From Candidatus Caldifonticola tengchongensis (GTDB taxonomy: Bacteria > Sysuimicrobiota > Sysuimicrobiia > Sysuimicrobiales > Sysuimicrobiaceae): a stretch of 64,000 bases of DNA. This document shows, one piece after another, positions 19,558 to 29,489 of the stretch. The stretch lies in contig JAVKGX010000001.1 in NCBI GenBank assembly GCA_031432545.1, positions 6,411 to 70,410 of the forward strand, in the 5' to 3' direction. The notes beneath the pieces were generated by a model. That model saw only the letters and a list, made by a program, of their open reading frames with translations. It was not told where the DNA came from and ran no database searches. The position numbers and the translations under genes were made by a program. Every line of letters begins with the position of its first letter. Within the stretch, counting starts at the first letter, position 1.

Positions 19558-20814
19558 ATGACGAGAATCGTCCTGTTCGGTGTTGCGGCCGCCTTGCTCG
19601 CGGCGCTGGGCGCTCCGGCGACCGCTCAGGAGGCGGCCACGTACACGCTGGCCCAGGCCGTGGCCGCCGCCGTCGAGCGCAACCCCCAGGTCCGGGCTGC
19701 AGAGCAGTCCGTGCGCGCGGCCGAGGCACGCGCGCAGGCACTGCGCGCGGCTCTGTTGCCGTCGGTGTCGCTGTCCGCCACGGGTGGCGTGAGCGGAGGG
19801 ACGGGCGTCGTCAACACCTCGGGCCAGGTGGGCGCGGGTGTCAGCTACCTCGTCTACGACGGCGGTCTGCGCGAGGCGCAGATCCGTCAGGCCGAAGCGC
19901 AGGCGCAGGCCGCGCGCGAGAATCTGGCGGCGGTCCGGTCCGACGTCGCGCTCGCGGCCGTGCAGGCGTTCATCGGCGTGGTCGCCGCGGAGCGGTTCAT
20001 CACCGTCCGCGAACAGGCCGTCGCCCAGGCCCGCGGACAGGTAGACGCGGCGCAGGCCGGGTTCCGCGCCGGCACGCTGCCGCAGTCGGACGTCTTGCGC
20101 GCGCTGTCGCAACTGGCCTCGGCCGAAGTCGAACTGATCGAGGCCCGGGCACTGGCCGATACGCGGCGGGTTGCGTTGCGCGCGGTGCTTGCTCTGGGCG
20201 CCGCTGCGCCGATTGCGGTCGTACCCCCCGAGCCCCCACCGGCGCTCGAGGTCTCCCAGCAAGAGGCGCTGCAGCGCGCCGGTGGGCGCCCCGAGGTCCG
20301 GCGGTCCGAGGCCGACGTCCGTGCTGCCGAGGCTTCCCTGGCCGCGGCCATGATCGCCGGCGGCATCACCGTCACGCTCGACGGTCGCTACGTGCTGGTC
20401 GCCACCGGCGGGAGCTCCGGGACGTGGTCGGTGGGCGCGGCGATCTCGCTGCCCGTGTACGACGGTGGCCGCAAGCAGGCCCAGGTCGAGGAAGCGCGCG
20501 CCGCCCTCGAGGCGGCGAGGGCACGGCTGGAGCAGATCCGGCTCCAGGTGCAGCAAGAAGCGGTGCAGGCGCATCTGGCGCTGCTCTCGGCAGTCGCTCG
20601 GGAGCAGGCATCGCAGCGGGCGCTCGCCGCGGCCCGCGAGGCACACCGGGTAGCCGAAGGGAGATACCGTGCCGGCGTGGGCACGATTCTAGAGGTAGCG
20701 ACCGCGCGCACGGAACTCACCGCTGCCGAGGTGAGTGCACTGCAGGCGGCGGCGGATCGCTGGACAGTGCTGGCCGCCCTGCGGCGGGCGATGGCGATGC
20801 CCGTGCTGCCGTAG
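19558..20814 (+). CDS. TolC-family outer membrane efflux protein
   Basis: Signal peptide and two repeats of the TolC alpha-helical/beta-barrel pattern (e.g. PSVSLSATGG, LDGRYVLVATGG). ATG at 19558 after GGAGG. Confidence 0.75.
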   Translation: MTRIVLFGVAAALLAALGAPATAQEAATYTLAQAVAAAVERNPQVRAAEQSVRAAEARAQALRAALLPSVSLSATGGVSGGTGVVNTSGQVGAGVSYLVYDGGLREAQIRQAEAQAQAARENLAAVRSDVALAAVQAFIGVVAAERFITVREQAVAQARGQVDAAQAGFRAGTLPQSDVLRALSQLASAEVELIEARALADTRRVALRAVLALGAAAPIAVVPPEPPPALEVSQQEALQRAGGRPEVRRSEADVRAAEASLAAAMIAGGITVTLDGRYVLVATGGSSGTWSVGAAISLPVYDGGRKQAQVEEARAALEAARARLEQIRLQVQQEAVQAHLALLSAVAREQASQRALAAAREAHRVAEGRYRAGVGTILEVATARTELTAAEVSALQAAADRWTVLAALRRAMAMPVLP

Positions 20815-20911
20815 AGGCCGGGGAGTCTGACCGGCGGTCCGACGGAAGTGCGCGGCCCGCCGGCCCGTTGCAAAAGGCGGGGGTTTTGCCGACCAGGGGT
20901 TCACGAGGATC

Positions 20912-22378
20912 ATGAAGCGAGTGCTGTGGCTGGTCACGGGTGTCATCGCGCTCGCGGGCATCGCCTACGTCTGGGGCCTGCAGCACAGGTCTGCCGAGCC
21001 GGCGGCGCGCTGGCGGACCGCGGTGGCGACACGCGGCGACCTCGTCGTCACGGTCGCGGGCTCCGGTTCGATCCGCCCCGTGTCCGAGGTGGAGGTGAAG
21101 TCGCGCGCCACCGGCGTGGTGCGCGAAGTGACGGTGAGCGAAGGAGACCGTGTCGTCCAGGGACAGATCCTGGTGCGCATCGACGACCCCGACGCGGTGG
21201 CTTCCGTCCGCAGCGCCCGTGCGAACCTCGAATCCGCCCGGGCGCGGCTGCGACAGGTCGAAGCCCAGCGGCGGGCCCAGTGGGCCCAGGACACGGCGCA
21301 GCTGCGTCAGGCGGAGGCCGCCGTGGCGGCCGCGCGTGCGCGGCTGCAACAACTGATGGCCGGGCCGCGTCCGGAGGAGATCGCGCAGGCCGAGCAAGCC
21401 GTGCGCGCGGCCGAAGCGGAGCTGGACCTGGCACGGCGGGATCACGAACGCGCCCAGGAACTGTACCGGCAGGGCTTCGTCGCGCGCCAGCAGCTCGACC
21501 AGGCCGAGGCCCGCCTGCGCGCGGCGCAGGCACAGCAGCGTTCGGCCGCCGAGCGGCTGAACCAGTTGCGCGCCGGCCCCACGCCGGCCCAGGTGGCGGA
21601 AGCCCGGGCGGCGGTGCGCCAGGCGGAAGCCAACCTCGAGCAGGCCAGGGCGTCGGCCCTCTCGGATCCTGTCCGCGCCGAGGAGATCGCCGCCGCACGG
21701 GCGCAGCTGGCGCTGGCCGAGAGCAACCTGCGCAACGCCGAAGAGCGCCTAGCCGAAACCTCCATCCGTGCGCCGGTTTCCGGTCTGGTCTCGCGGCGAT
21801 CGGTGGAGATCGGACAGTCGGTCATCGGCAGTGCCGCCGGAGGCACTCCGGTGATGACGATCGCGGTGACCGAACCGGTCCTCGCGCGGATCATGGTGGA
21901 CGAAACGGACATCCCGAGCGTCCGGCGCGGACTGCCGGTGGAGATCCGGGCTGACAGTCTGCCGGAGCGGACCTTCGCGGGGGAGGTCACGGCGATCTCG
22001 CCCAACGCACAAGTCGTGAACAACGTCGTCCAATACGAGGTCACGGTGCGCGTGGACGACCCGCAGCACAGTCTGCGGTTGGGGATGACGGTGCAGGCCG
22101 AGTTCGTCCTGCTGCGGCGTACGGACGTCCTGCTGGTCCCCCGCGAGGCGGTGCGGGGAGGCGGAGCCACCACGGTGCTCGTCGTCGACGGGGACAGACT
22201 CGTGCCCCGGCCCGTGAAGACCGGAGAGACCGATGGTCGCCGGGTGGAGATCACCGACGGACTGCGCGAAGGCGAGATCGTCTACCTGGGCGAGGCCCGG
22301 GTCACTGCGCCCGGGCAGCCCCAGCAGCGCAACCCGCTGCTCCCCCAGTTCCGACCGCGCCCCACGAGGGCACCCTGA
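20912..22378 (+). CDS. MacA-like membrane fusion protein (HlyD family)
   Basis: N-terminal TM, HlyD_D23 and coiled-coil segments. It lies immediately upstream of MacB-like ABC genes. Confidence 0.75.
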   Translation: MKRVLWLVTGVIALAGIAYVWGLQHRSAEPAARWRTAVATRGDLVVTVAGSGSIRPVSEVEVKSRATGVVREVTVSEGDRVVQGQILVRIDDPDAVASVRSARANLESARARLRQVEAQRRAQWAQDTAQLRQAEAAVAAARARLQQLMAGPRPEEIAQAEQAVRAAEAELDLARRDHERAQELYRQGFVARQQLDQAEARLRAAQAQQRSAAERLNQLRAGPTPAQVAEARAAVRQAEANLEQARASALSDPVRAEEIAAARAQLALAESNLRNAEERLAETSIRAPVSGLVSRRSVEIGQSVIGSAAGGTPVMTIAVTEPVLARIMVDETDIPSVRRGLPVEIRADSLPERTFAGEVTAISPNAQVVNNVVQYEVTVRVDDPQHSLRLGMTVQAEFVLLRRTDVLLVPREAVRGGGATTVLVVDGDRLVPRPVKTGETDGRRVEITDGLREGEIVYLGEARVTAPGQPQQRNPLLPQFRPRPTRAP

Positions 22379-22395
22379 TCCGCAGGTCCCGTTCC

Positions 22396-23109
22396 ATGAC
22401 ACCGCTGGTCGAACTCGACAACGTCACGAAGACCTACCGGATGGACGGCGTGGCGGTAGAGGCGCTGCGCGGGATCTCCCTGCGCATCGACGCAGGGGAG
22501 TTCGTCGCGATCATGGGACCGTCGGGCTCGGGCAAGTCCACCTGCATGAACATCATCGGGTTTTTGGACCGGCCGACATCGGGGTCGTACCGCTTCGAAG
22601 GACGGGACGTCTCGGCGCTGGGCGACACGGAACTCGCGAGGCTGCGCAACCGGCGGATGGGGTTCGTCTTCCAGTCGTTCAACCTGCTGCCGCGCACGAC
22701 GGCGCTGGAGAACGTACAGCTGCCGCTCGTCTACGCCGGCGAGGGCGACCCGACGTACGCGATGCAGGCCTTGGCCTCTGTCGGGCTGGCCCACCGCGCC
22801 CGCCACCTCCCCACGCAGCTATCGGGTGGGGAGCAGCAGAGGGTCGCGATCGCCCGTGCCCTGGTCATGCGCCCGCCGGTGATCCTCGCCGACGAGCCGA
22901 CCGGCAACCTGGATACGAAGACCAGCGCGGAGATCATGGCCATCCTGCACAGGCTCAACCTCGAAGGCATCACGGTGGTCCTGATCACGCACGAGCGCGA
23001 GGTCGCCTCCCACGCCCGGCGCATCGTGCACTTCCGCGACGGGCTGATCGAGCGCGACGAGCCCAACCGCCAGCGCCGGTCCCCCGAAGCTCCAGGAGGT
23101 GTGCTGTGA
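22396..23109 (+). CDS. ABC transporter ATP-binding protein (MacB/LolD-like)
   Basis: Walker [10 protein letters not shown], signature [15 protein letters not shown], and Walker [12 protein letters not shown]. Confidence 0.9.
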   Translation: MTPLVELDNVTKTYRMDGVAVEALRGISLRIDAGEFVAIMGPSGSGKSTCMNIIGFLDRPTSGSYRFEGRDVSALGDTELARLRNRRMGFVFQSFNLLPRTTALENVQLPLVYAGEGDPTYAMQALASVGLAHRARHLPTQLSGGEQQRVAIARALVMRPPVILADEPTGNLDTKTSAEIMAILHRLNLEGITVVLITHEREVASHARRIVHFRDGLIERDEPNRQRRSPEAPGGVL

Positions 23110-24323
23110 CCCTGCGCGCCAGCGTCCGGATCGCGGTCCGCTCCCTGCTGGCAAACCCGCTGCGCTCGATGCTGACCGCGCTCGGTGTGATCATCGGTGT
23201 GGCCGCCGTCGTCACGACCATCGGCATCGGCACGGGTGCCCGCCACAGCGTGCAGGACCAGCTGACGCAGCTGGGCACGAACCTGCTCACGGTGATCCCG
23301 GGCCGTCAGACGGGCCCCGGAGGCATCGGCCAGGGCTTGGGGACGGTCCAGACGCTCACCGAGGCGGACGCCCGTGCCATCCTGGAGTCCCTCCCCGACG
23401 TCGAGGCCGTGACCGCGGAGTTCAGTCGAAGTGCGCAGGTCGTCGCAGGGTCTTACAACGACGTGACCACCGTGTCCGGGGTCACGGAGAGCTTTCCCGA
23501 GGTCCGCAACTGGCATCCCGTGGAGGGAACGTTCTTCGGGGAGACCGATCTGACATCGCGTGCGCGCGTGGCCGTCATCGGCAAGACCGTTCGCGACACG
23601 CTGTTCCCGGACGGCGAGGCCGTGGGGCAACAGATCCGGATCCAGCGGGTGGCGTTCACCGTGATCGGCGTCATGGAGAGCAAGGGCGCCACGGGTTTCG
23701 GGGATCGCGACGATGTCGTGTTCGTACCGCTGACGACCGCTCAGCGCAGGCTGTTCGGCGTGAACCACGTCCGCGCAATCTACGTCAAGGTGCGCGACGC
23801 CGGCCTGATGAACGAGGTGCAAGAACAGGTCGAAGCGCTGCTGTCGTCGCGCCGGCGGATTCCCGAGGGCGGCGAGCCGGACTTCGTCATCCGCAACCAG
23901 GCGGACCTCGTCCAGACCTTCCAGGGCGTGACGCAGACCATCACCACGTTGCTGAGTGCGATCGCCGCGGTCTCGCTGGTCGTCGGGGGGATCGGGATCA
24001 TGAACATCATGCTGGTGTCGGTGACCGAACGCACCCGGGAGATCGGCATCCGCAAGGCCGTGGGCGCGACCCGGCGGGCCATCCTCGTGCAGTTCCTCGT
24101 CGAGGCCGTCACGCTGAGTGCGGTCGGAGGCGCGGTGGGCATCCTGCTGGCCGTCGCGGCGACGCGCGCCATCTCGGCGGTCGCCGGCTGGGTCACCATC
24201 ATCACGCCCTGGGCCGTTGTGATGGCGTTCAGCTTCGCGGCGGCGGTAGGTGTCTTCTTCGGCCTGTACCCTGCTCAGCGGGCGGCGTCGCTGGACCCGA
24301 TCGTCGCGCTGCGGTACGAGTGA
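23106..24323 (+). CDS. ABC transporter permease (MacB/FtsX family)
   Basis: MacB periplasmic domain plus an FtsX 4-TM module. GTG 23106 is preceded by AGGAGG and overlaps the ATPase stop. The longer track ORF from 22233 is an alternate-frame artefact. Confidence 0.85.
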   Translation: MTLRASVRIAVRSLLANPLRSMLTALGVIIGVAAVVTTIGIGTGARHSVQDQLTQLGTNLLTVIPGRQTGPGGIGQGLGTVQTLTEADARAILESLPDVEAVTAEFSRSAQVVAGSYNDVTTVSGVTESFPEVRNWHPVEGTFFGETDLTSRARVAVIGKTVRDTLFPDGEAVGQQIRIQRVAFTVIGVMESKGATGFGDRDDVVFVPLTTAQRRLFGVNHVRAIYVKVRDAGLMNEVQEQVEALLSSRRRIPEGGEPDFVIRNQADLVQTFQGVTQTITTLLSAIAAVSLVVGGIGIMNIMLVSVTERTREIGIRKAVGATRRAILVQFLVEAVTLSAVGGAVGILLAVAATRAISAVAGWVTIITPWAVVMAFSFAAAVGVFFGLYPAQRAASLDPIVALRYE

Positions 24324-24346
24324 GGAGGATTTCGGGTGAGGGGCTG

Positions 24347-24799
24347 ATGCGTTCGCGCACACGGTTCCCCGCTCTCGTCGTCCTCGTGGCGACCTTGGCC
24401 CTGTCCGCCTGCGGTCCAGGCGACTCGGCCGTGCAAGCGCAACGACGCGCCGATCCGGCCGTGCTGGTGGCCGCCGCGATCGTGGCGTTGGAGCGCTCTG
24501 GAGAGCACAGGATCACACCTGAGCAGGCCCGCCAGCTGCTGCCGCTGTTCGAGGCGCTGCGCGATACGCGCCCCGAAGAGCGCGACGCGACCGAAGCCAT
24601 CGCGCGGCAGATCCGGGAAGTCCTCACTCCCCAACAGCAGACCGCACTCCGCCGCATGCGCGAGGAGGCCGGTGGGGCACGTCGGCGCATGGGCCGCCCG
24701 ACCGACGGCCGGGGGCAGCCCGACCCCGGCCGGCGCGCCGAGGCGCGGCGAGCCGCGCTGGACCGCGCGATCCGGATCCTGGAGGACAGGGCCCGGTGA
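24347..24799 (+). CDS. lipoprotein with LTXXQ motifs (Spy/CpxP/ZraP-like periplasmic protein)
   Basis: Lipobox LSAC after a hydrophobic signal peptide, with two LTXXQ-like motifs ([18 protein letters not shown]). Its stop overlaps the panE GTG. Confidence 0.5.
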   Translation: MRSRTRFPALVVLVATLALSACGPGDSAVQAQRRADPAVLVAAAIVALERSGEHRITPEQARQLLPLFEALRDTRPEERDATEAIARQIREVLTPQQQTALRRMREEAGGARRRMGRPTDGRGQPDPGRRAEARRAALDRAIRILEDRAR

Positions 24800-25725
24800 A
24801 GATCGCGGTGTACGGGGCGGGCGGGGTTGGCGGCTACTTCGGCGGACGGCTTGCGCTGGCCGGTGCCGACGTGCACCTGATCGCCCGCGGTGCGCACCTG
24901 GAGGCGCTTGGGCAGCGCGGGCTGCGCGTGCGCAGCCTCGCCGGCGACTTCGAGGTGCGCCTGCCGGCGACGGACGAACCCGAGCGGATCGGACCCTGCG
25001 ACGCCGTCCTGTTCTGCGTCAAGTCCTACGACACCGAGGAGGCTGCTTCGCGGCTGCCGCCTCTGCTGCGCGAGGGGACGGCGGTCGTGTCCTTGCAAAA
25101 CGGCGTGGACAACGAGGAGAAGATCGCACGCGCCGTCGGCTGGGAGCACGTGCTCGGCGGCGCGGCCTTCGTCTTCGCGACCATCGCGTCCCCAGGCGTG
25201 ATCGCACATACCGCAGGGCCGGGGCGCATCGTGTTCGGTGAGATGGACGGTACGCGTAGCGAGCGCGCCACACGCCTCCTGGAAGCGTGTCGGCGGGCCG
25301 GCGTCGACGCGGAGCTGCACAGTGACATCCGCACGGTGCTGTGGGACAAGTTCGCGTTCATCTGCGCGCAGGCCGGCCTCACGGCGGCGGTGCGCCTGCC
25401 GATCGGCGAGATCCGGGGTGCGCCGGCGTCGTGGGCGATGTTCCGAAGGATCGTCGAGGAAGTCTGCGCCGTCGCCGCCGCGGAGGGCGTACCGCTTCCG
25501 CAAGACACGGCCGACCGACACCAGGAGTTCGCACAGCGCCTGGAGCCGGACTCGCTGTCGTCCCTGCACCACGACATGACCTCCGGGCGCCGCATGGAAC
25601 TCGAGGCGCTTCACGGAACCGTGGTCCGGCTTGCACGCAAACACGGGATCGACGTGCCGATGTCGCAGGCCGTATACGCCATTCTCGAGCCGTGGGCGCG
25701 CCGCAACGCAGCCGGCGGTGCCTAG
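24796..25725 (+). CDS. panE: 2-dehydropantoate 2-reductase
   Basis: Rossmann motif [13 protein letters not shown] and ApbA N- and C-terminal domains. GGAGG before GTG. Confidence 0.8.
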   Translation: MKIAVYGAGGVGGYFGGRLALAGADVHLIARGAHLEALGQRGLRVRSLAGDFEVRLPATDEPERIGPCDAVLFCVKSYDTEEAASRLPPLLREGTAVVSLQNGVDNEEKIARAVGWEHVLGGAAFVFATIASPGVIAHTAGPGRIVFGEMDGTRSERATRLLEACRRAGVDAELHSDIRTVLWDKFAFICAQAGLTAAVRLPIGEIRGAPASWAMFRRIVEEVCAVAAAEGVPLPQDTADRHQEFAQRLEPDSLSSLHHDMTSGRRMELEALHGTVVRLARKHGIDVPMSQAVYAILEPWARRNAAGGA

Positions 25726-25755
25726 TCTGCGGCAGACCGACCGGAGGAGGCAGCC

Positions 25756-27156
25756 ATGTCGTTGGACACGGTGAGAGCACAGATCGACTCCGACTTCGAC
25801 GCGCACTTGGAGAGGGTGCGCCGGTTCGTGCGCCAGCCGAGCATCAGCGGTACGGGCGAAGGCATTGCGGAGATGGCCGAGATGGTGGCCTCGGAGATCT
25901 GGGCCCTGGGAGGGCACGCCCGAGTCGTGCCGACCGCCGGGCATCCGGTCGTGCACGGCCACATCGACGCGGGCGCCGCGCGGACGCTGCTGTTCTACGG
26001 CATGTACGATGTGCAGCCGGTGGCCGGCGAGGACTGGGTGGCGCCGCCGTTCGGCGCACAGATCGTGGACTTCCAGGACTTCGGGAAGTGCGTCGTCGGC
26101 AGGGGCATCAGCAACCAGAAGGGGCCGCTCGCGGCCTTCTTCAACACCCTGCACGCATTCCGCGACAGCGGCACCGCGCTGCCGGTGAACGTTAAGTTCG
26201 TCGTCGAGGGAGAAGAGGAGTTGGGCAGCCCTCACCTCCCCGACTTCGTGGAATCGCACAGAGATGCCCTGCGCGCCGACGGCTGCTTCTTCGCCTCATT
26301 CGGTCAGGACCCCCGCGGCATCCCCTACGTCTTTCTGGGCGTCAAGGGCATACTGTTCGTGGAACTGAGCGTCCGGGGAGGTGAATGGGGCGGTCCCACC
26401 CGCCGCATGATCCACGGGAGCAACGCCGCGTGGATCGCCAGTCCCCCGTGGCGGTTGGTCCACGTCCTCAAGACACTGGTCGACGACGAAGAGCGAATCC
26501 TCGTTGCGGGTTTCTACGACGACGTCCGGCCGCCGACGCCGAAGGACGAAGCCCTCCTGGAGCGACTGGCGGGGGTGTTCGACGAGGCCGTCGCGCTGAA
26601 GCAGAACGACGCACGCCGCTTCAAGCATCCCGGTTCAGGCGTCCAGCAGCTGCGCCACATGCTGTTCGACCCGACGCTGAACATCGACGGCATGGAAGCG
26701 GGCTACATGGGCCCGGGCACCAAGACGCTCCTTCCGCACGAAGCCAGGGTCCGGCTGGACGTGCGCATGGTCCCCGACATGGAACCACAGCGCGTCGTCG
26801 AATTGTTGCGAGGACACCTCGACCGTCTGGGTCTGGAGGGCCTAGACTTCACGGTCATGGACAGCTACCCATGGTCGCGGACCGATCCCGACGCCCCGGT
26901 CGCGCAGGCGCTGATGCGGGCGATCCGCGCGGAGGGATTGGAACCGTACGCGTGGCCGCGTACGGCCGGCTCGGCGCCCTTCTACCTGTTCACCCGCACG
27001 CTGGGGATCCCGACGGTCGCGGGTGGCTTGGGCCACGGCGGCAGGGCACACAGCCCCAACGAGTACGCCACCGTGGAAGGCATCCGCGCCCACGAGCGGT
27101 CGGTGGCGGCCTTTCTGTTCGAGTTCGCCTCAGACGCAGGCCCCACCGGCGGCTGA
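25756..27156 (+). CDS. M20-family metallopeptidase (dipeptidase-like)
   Basis: M20 metal-binding contexts (HGHIDAG, VEGEEELGS) and a dimerisation-domain pattern. AGGAGG before ATG. Confidence 0.8.
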   Translation: MSLDTVRAQIDSDFDAHLERVRRFVRQPSISGTGEGIAEMAEMVASEIWALGGHARVVPTAGHPVVHGHIDAGAARTLLFYGMYDVQPVAGEDWVAPPFGAQIVDFQDFGKCVVGRGISNQKGPLAAFFNTLHAFRDSGTALPVNVKFVVEGEEELGSPHLPDFVESHRDALRADGCFFASFGQDPRGIPYVFLGVKGILFVELSVRGGEWGGPTRRMIHGSNAAWIASPPWRLVHVLKTLVDDEERILVAGFYDDVRPPTPKDEALLERLAGVFDEAVALKQNDARRFKHPGSGVQQLRHMLFDPTLNIDGMEAGYMGPGTKTLLPHEARVRLDVRMVPDMEPQRVVELLRGHLDRLGLEGLDFTVMDSYPWSRTDPDAPVAQALMRAIRAEGLEPYAWPRTAGSAPFYLFTRTLGIPTVAGGLGHGGRAHSPNEYATVEGIRAHERSVAAFLFEFASDAGPTGG

Positions 27157-27181
27157 CGTGGCGTGCTACACTCGGTACGGC

Positions 27182-27257
27182 GCCCCGGTCGTCTAGCCAG
27201 GCCCAGGACTCCGGTCTTTCAAGCCGGCAACACGGGTTCGAATCCCGTCCGGGGCAC
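27182..27257 (+). tRNA. tRNA-Glu (anticodon UUC), CCA encoded
   Basis: Hand-folded. Acceptor GCCCCGG/CCGGGGC, D-stem GTCT/GGAC, anticodon stem CCGGT/GCCGG with loop CTTTCAA (anticodon TTC), T-arm ACGGG-TTCGAAT-CCCGT, discriminator A, then CCA. Confidence 0.85.
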
Positions 27258-27297
27258 CACCCGCCACAACCCGCGCACCGGTGCCCGACCAGGGCCC

Positions 27298-28551
27298 TCA
27301 GCTTACGCAGCGGCCGCTCTTGACGACGCACCAGACGAGGTTCGTGCCGAACGCCGCCATCATCTCCCGGTAGTCCTCGCAGTCCAGCACCACCAGATCG
27401 GCGCGTTTGGCCACCTCGATGCTGCCCACGTCGTGCGCTCGCCCGATCGCGTGCGCCGCGTTGACCGTCGCCGCGGTGAGCGCCTCGGCAGGATGCATCT
27501 TCATGCCGCTGCACGCCAGCGCGCAGATCGCCTGCATGGACAACGTGGGGCTGCTGCCCGGATTGTGGTCGGTGCCCAGGGCGACGGCGGCGCCGGCCTC
27601 GATCAACCGGCGCGCGGGCGCGTAGCCCACGCCCAGAAAGAGGGCCGTCCCCGGCAGCAGGACTGCGATCGTGTCGGACGCCGCCAGGGCGCGGATGCCT
27701 ACCTCGCCGACCCGCAGCAGGTGGTCGGCCGACACGGCCCCCTCCTCGACGGCGAGTCGGGCACCGCCTAGATCCGAGAACTCGTCGGCGTGGATCTTCG
27801 GCCGCAGGCCGTGCCGCCTGCCCGCCCTAAGGATGCGGCGCGACTGTTCGGCGCTGAACGCGCCGCGCTCGCAGAAGACGTCACAGAACTCGGCCAGTCC
27901 CTCGGCGGCGACCGCCGGGATCACCTGCTCGCAGACGAAGTCCACGTAGGCGTCGGCTTCGAATCCCGCTGGTACCGCGTGCGCGCCCAGAAACGTCGCC
28001 GCCAGATCCACCGGATGCGATTCGGCGAGATCGCGCACCACGCGCAGCGTGCGCAGTTCGGTGTCACGGTCCAGGCCGTAGCCGCTCTTGGCCTCCGCCG
28101 TGGTCGTGCCGTGCCGGAGCATGGCGTCCAGGCGCCTGTCCGCCAGCGCCCGCAGCGTCCGATCGGCGGCTTCGCGCGTGGCCCGGGTGGTGCTGAGGAT
28201 CCCGCCGCCGCGGGCGGCGATCTCCTCGTAGCTCGCACCGGCCAGCCGCATCTCCCACTCGTCGGCGCGCGAGCCGGCCCACACCAGGTGCGTGTGGGGA
28301 TCCACGAAGCCGGGCACCACGCAGCGTCCTGCGGCGTCCAGCTCAGTGCCGCCCGGCGCGAGCTTCAGTCGGTGGGCGTCGTCCGTCTGCCCGACCCACA
28401 CGATCCGGCCGCCGCGCGCGGCGACAGCGCCGTCGCCGATCGTGCCGAGGCTGCGCAGCTCGGCGCCGCGCCGCGGCGCCGTCGTCCCCGCGAGGGTGTG
28501 CATCTGCCCCGCGTGCACGAGCAGGAAGTCGACTTCGTATGTCGATGCCAC
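27298..28551 (-). CDS. hutI: imidazolonepropionase
   Basis: Amidohydrolase motifs (GFVDPHTHL, LGTDHNPGS). The start is assigned to GTG 28551 (VASTYEVDFLLVHAG...). The rest of the 786-aa track ORF is an out-of-frame overlap with hutG. Confidence 0.85.
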   Translation of the reverse strand: MASTYEVDFLLVHAGQMHTLAGTTAPRRGAELRSLGTIGDGAVAARGGRIVWVGQTDDAHRLKLAPGGTELDAAGRCVVPGFVDPHTHLVWAGSRADEWEMRLAGASYEEIAARGGGILSTTRATREAADRTLRALADRRLDAMLRHGTTTAEAKSGYGLDRDTELRTLRVVRDLAESHPVDLAATFLGAHAVPAGFEADAYVDFVCEQVIPAVAAEGLAEFCDVFCERGAFSAEQSRRILRAGRRHGLRPKIHADEFSDLGGARLAVEEGAVSADHLLRVGEVGIRALAASDTIAVLLPGTALFLGVGYAPARRLIEAGAAVALGTDHNPGSSPTLSMQAICALACSGMKMHPAEALTAATVNAAHAIGRAHDVGSIEVAKRADLVVLDCEDYREMMAAFGTNLVWCVVKSGRCVS

Positions 28552-28556
28552 GCCCC

Positions 28557-29489
28557 CTACCCCACCCTTGGGCGCGCGTCGCGTGCGGGCTTGGCGAGCA
28601 GTGCCGTGCAGCGCACCGCCAGGTTGGCGGCCGCCACCGCCGTGATACCGGTCGGATCCACGAGCGGGTTGAGCTCGACGACGTCGCAGCCGACCACGGA
28701 TGCGTTTGCGCCGAGGGCCTGCACGAGGGCGGTGACCTGCGCCACGGTCGGCCCTCCCGGCTCCGGGGAGGAGACGCCCGGTGCCTGACCCGGGTCGAGC
28801 ACGTCCAGGTCGACCGTGACGTACCAGGCAAGGTCGAAGTCCAGTTGGTCGAGGACCCTCCGGGGATCGAACGCCGATGCGCTCAGCACGACGTTGCCGT
28901 GGCCGCGGGAGTCGGCCAGCACCCGCGCGGACGTCCGCAGGCCGCGGACGCCGACCGTCACCAGCCGCTGCACGTGCGGGAGTTCCCGCACGCGCCGCAT
29001 CACCGTGCTGCTCGTGTGGCGGGCCTCCCCGACCTCGTCGGCGTAATCGAGATGGGCGTCCAGCTGCAGGATGCCGAGCGGCCCAGAATCGAGCGCACGG
29101 ACCACCGGGAACGTGATGGAGTGATCTCCTCCGAGCACGAGTGGCCTGCCTCCCCCCTCTACGACGCCACGGACCGTGGCCGTCACGTTCTCGAACGTGC
29201 GCTCGACCTGCGTGGCCACCACGTCCACGTCGCCCAGATCGAAGACCGCGGCATCCTGGAGGAACGCCCGGTCGCACTCGATGTCGTAGTAGCCGTCCGC
29301 GATCGGATACCGCGAAGAGACCTGACGGATCGCTGCGGGGCCGAACCGCGCGCCGGGCCGATAGCCTACGCCCTGATCCCAGGGGACACCGATCACCGCG
29401 ATCCCGCCGGCGAATTCCTCGAGGCTGCGGTGCGGGGCGCCGCAGAAGGTATGGATCCCGAAGTACGGGTAGGTGGACGGCAAGCTCAC
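28557..29489 (-). CDS. hutG: formimidoylglutamase (arginase/ureohydrolase family)
   Basis: Arginase-family Mn-binding motifs ([21 protein letters not shown]) in a hut operon context. Exact start is uncertain (GTG 29489 or TTG 29483). Confidence 0.7.
   Translation of the reverse strand: MSLPSTYPYFGIHTFCGAPHRSLEEFAGGIAVIGVPWDQGVGYRPGARFGPAAIRQVSSRYPIADGYYDIECDRAFLQDAAVFDLGDVDVVATQVERTFENVTATVRGVVEGGGRPLVLGGDHSITFPVVRALDSGPLGILQLDAHLDYADEVGEARHTSSTVMRRVRELPHVQRLVTVGVRGLRTSARVLADSRGHGNVVLSASAFDPRRVLDQLDFDLAWYVTVDLDVLDPGQAPGVSSPEPGGPTVAQVTALVQALGANASVVGCDVVELNPLVDPTGITAVAAANLAVRCTALLAKPARDARPRVG

Noticed and set aside
22233-24323. 696-aa ORF as the MacB permease
   Set aside because: The N-terminal 290 aa overlap macA and the ATPase gene in another frame. 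The permease starts at GTG 23106 after AGGAGG.
24229-26259. 676-aa minus-strand ORF
   Set aside because: It is antisense to the panE and M20 peptidase genes. The composition is not protein-like.
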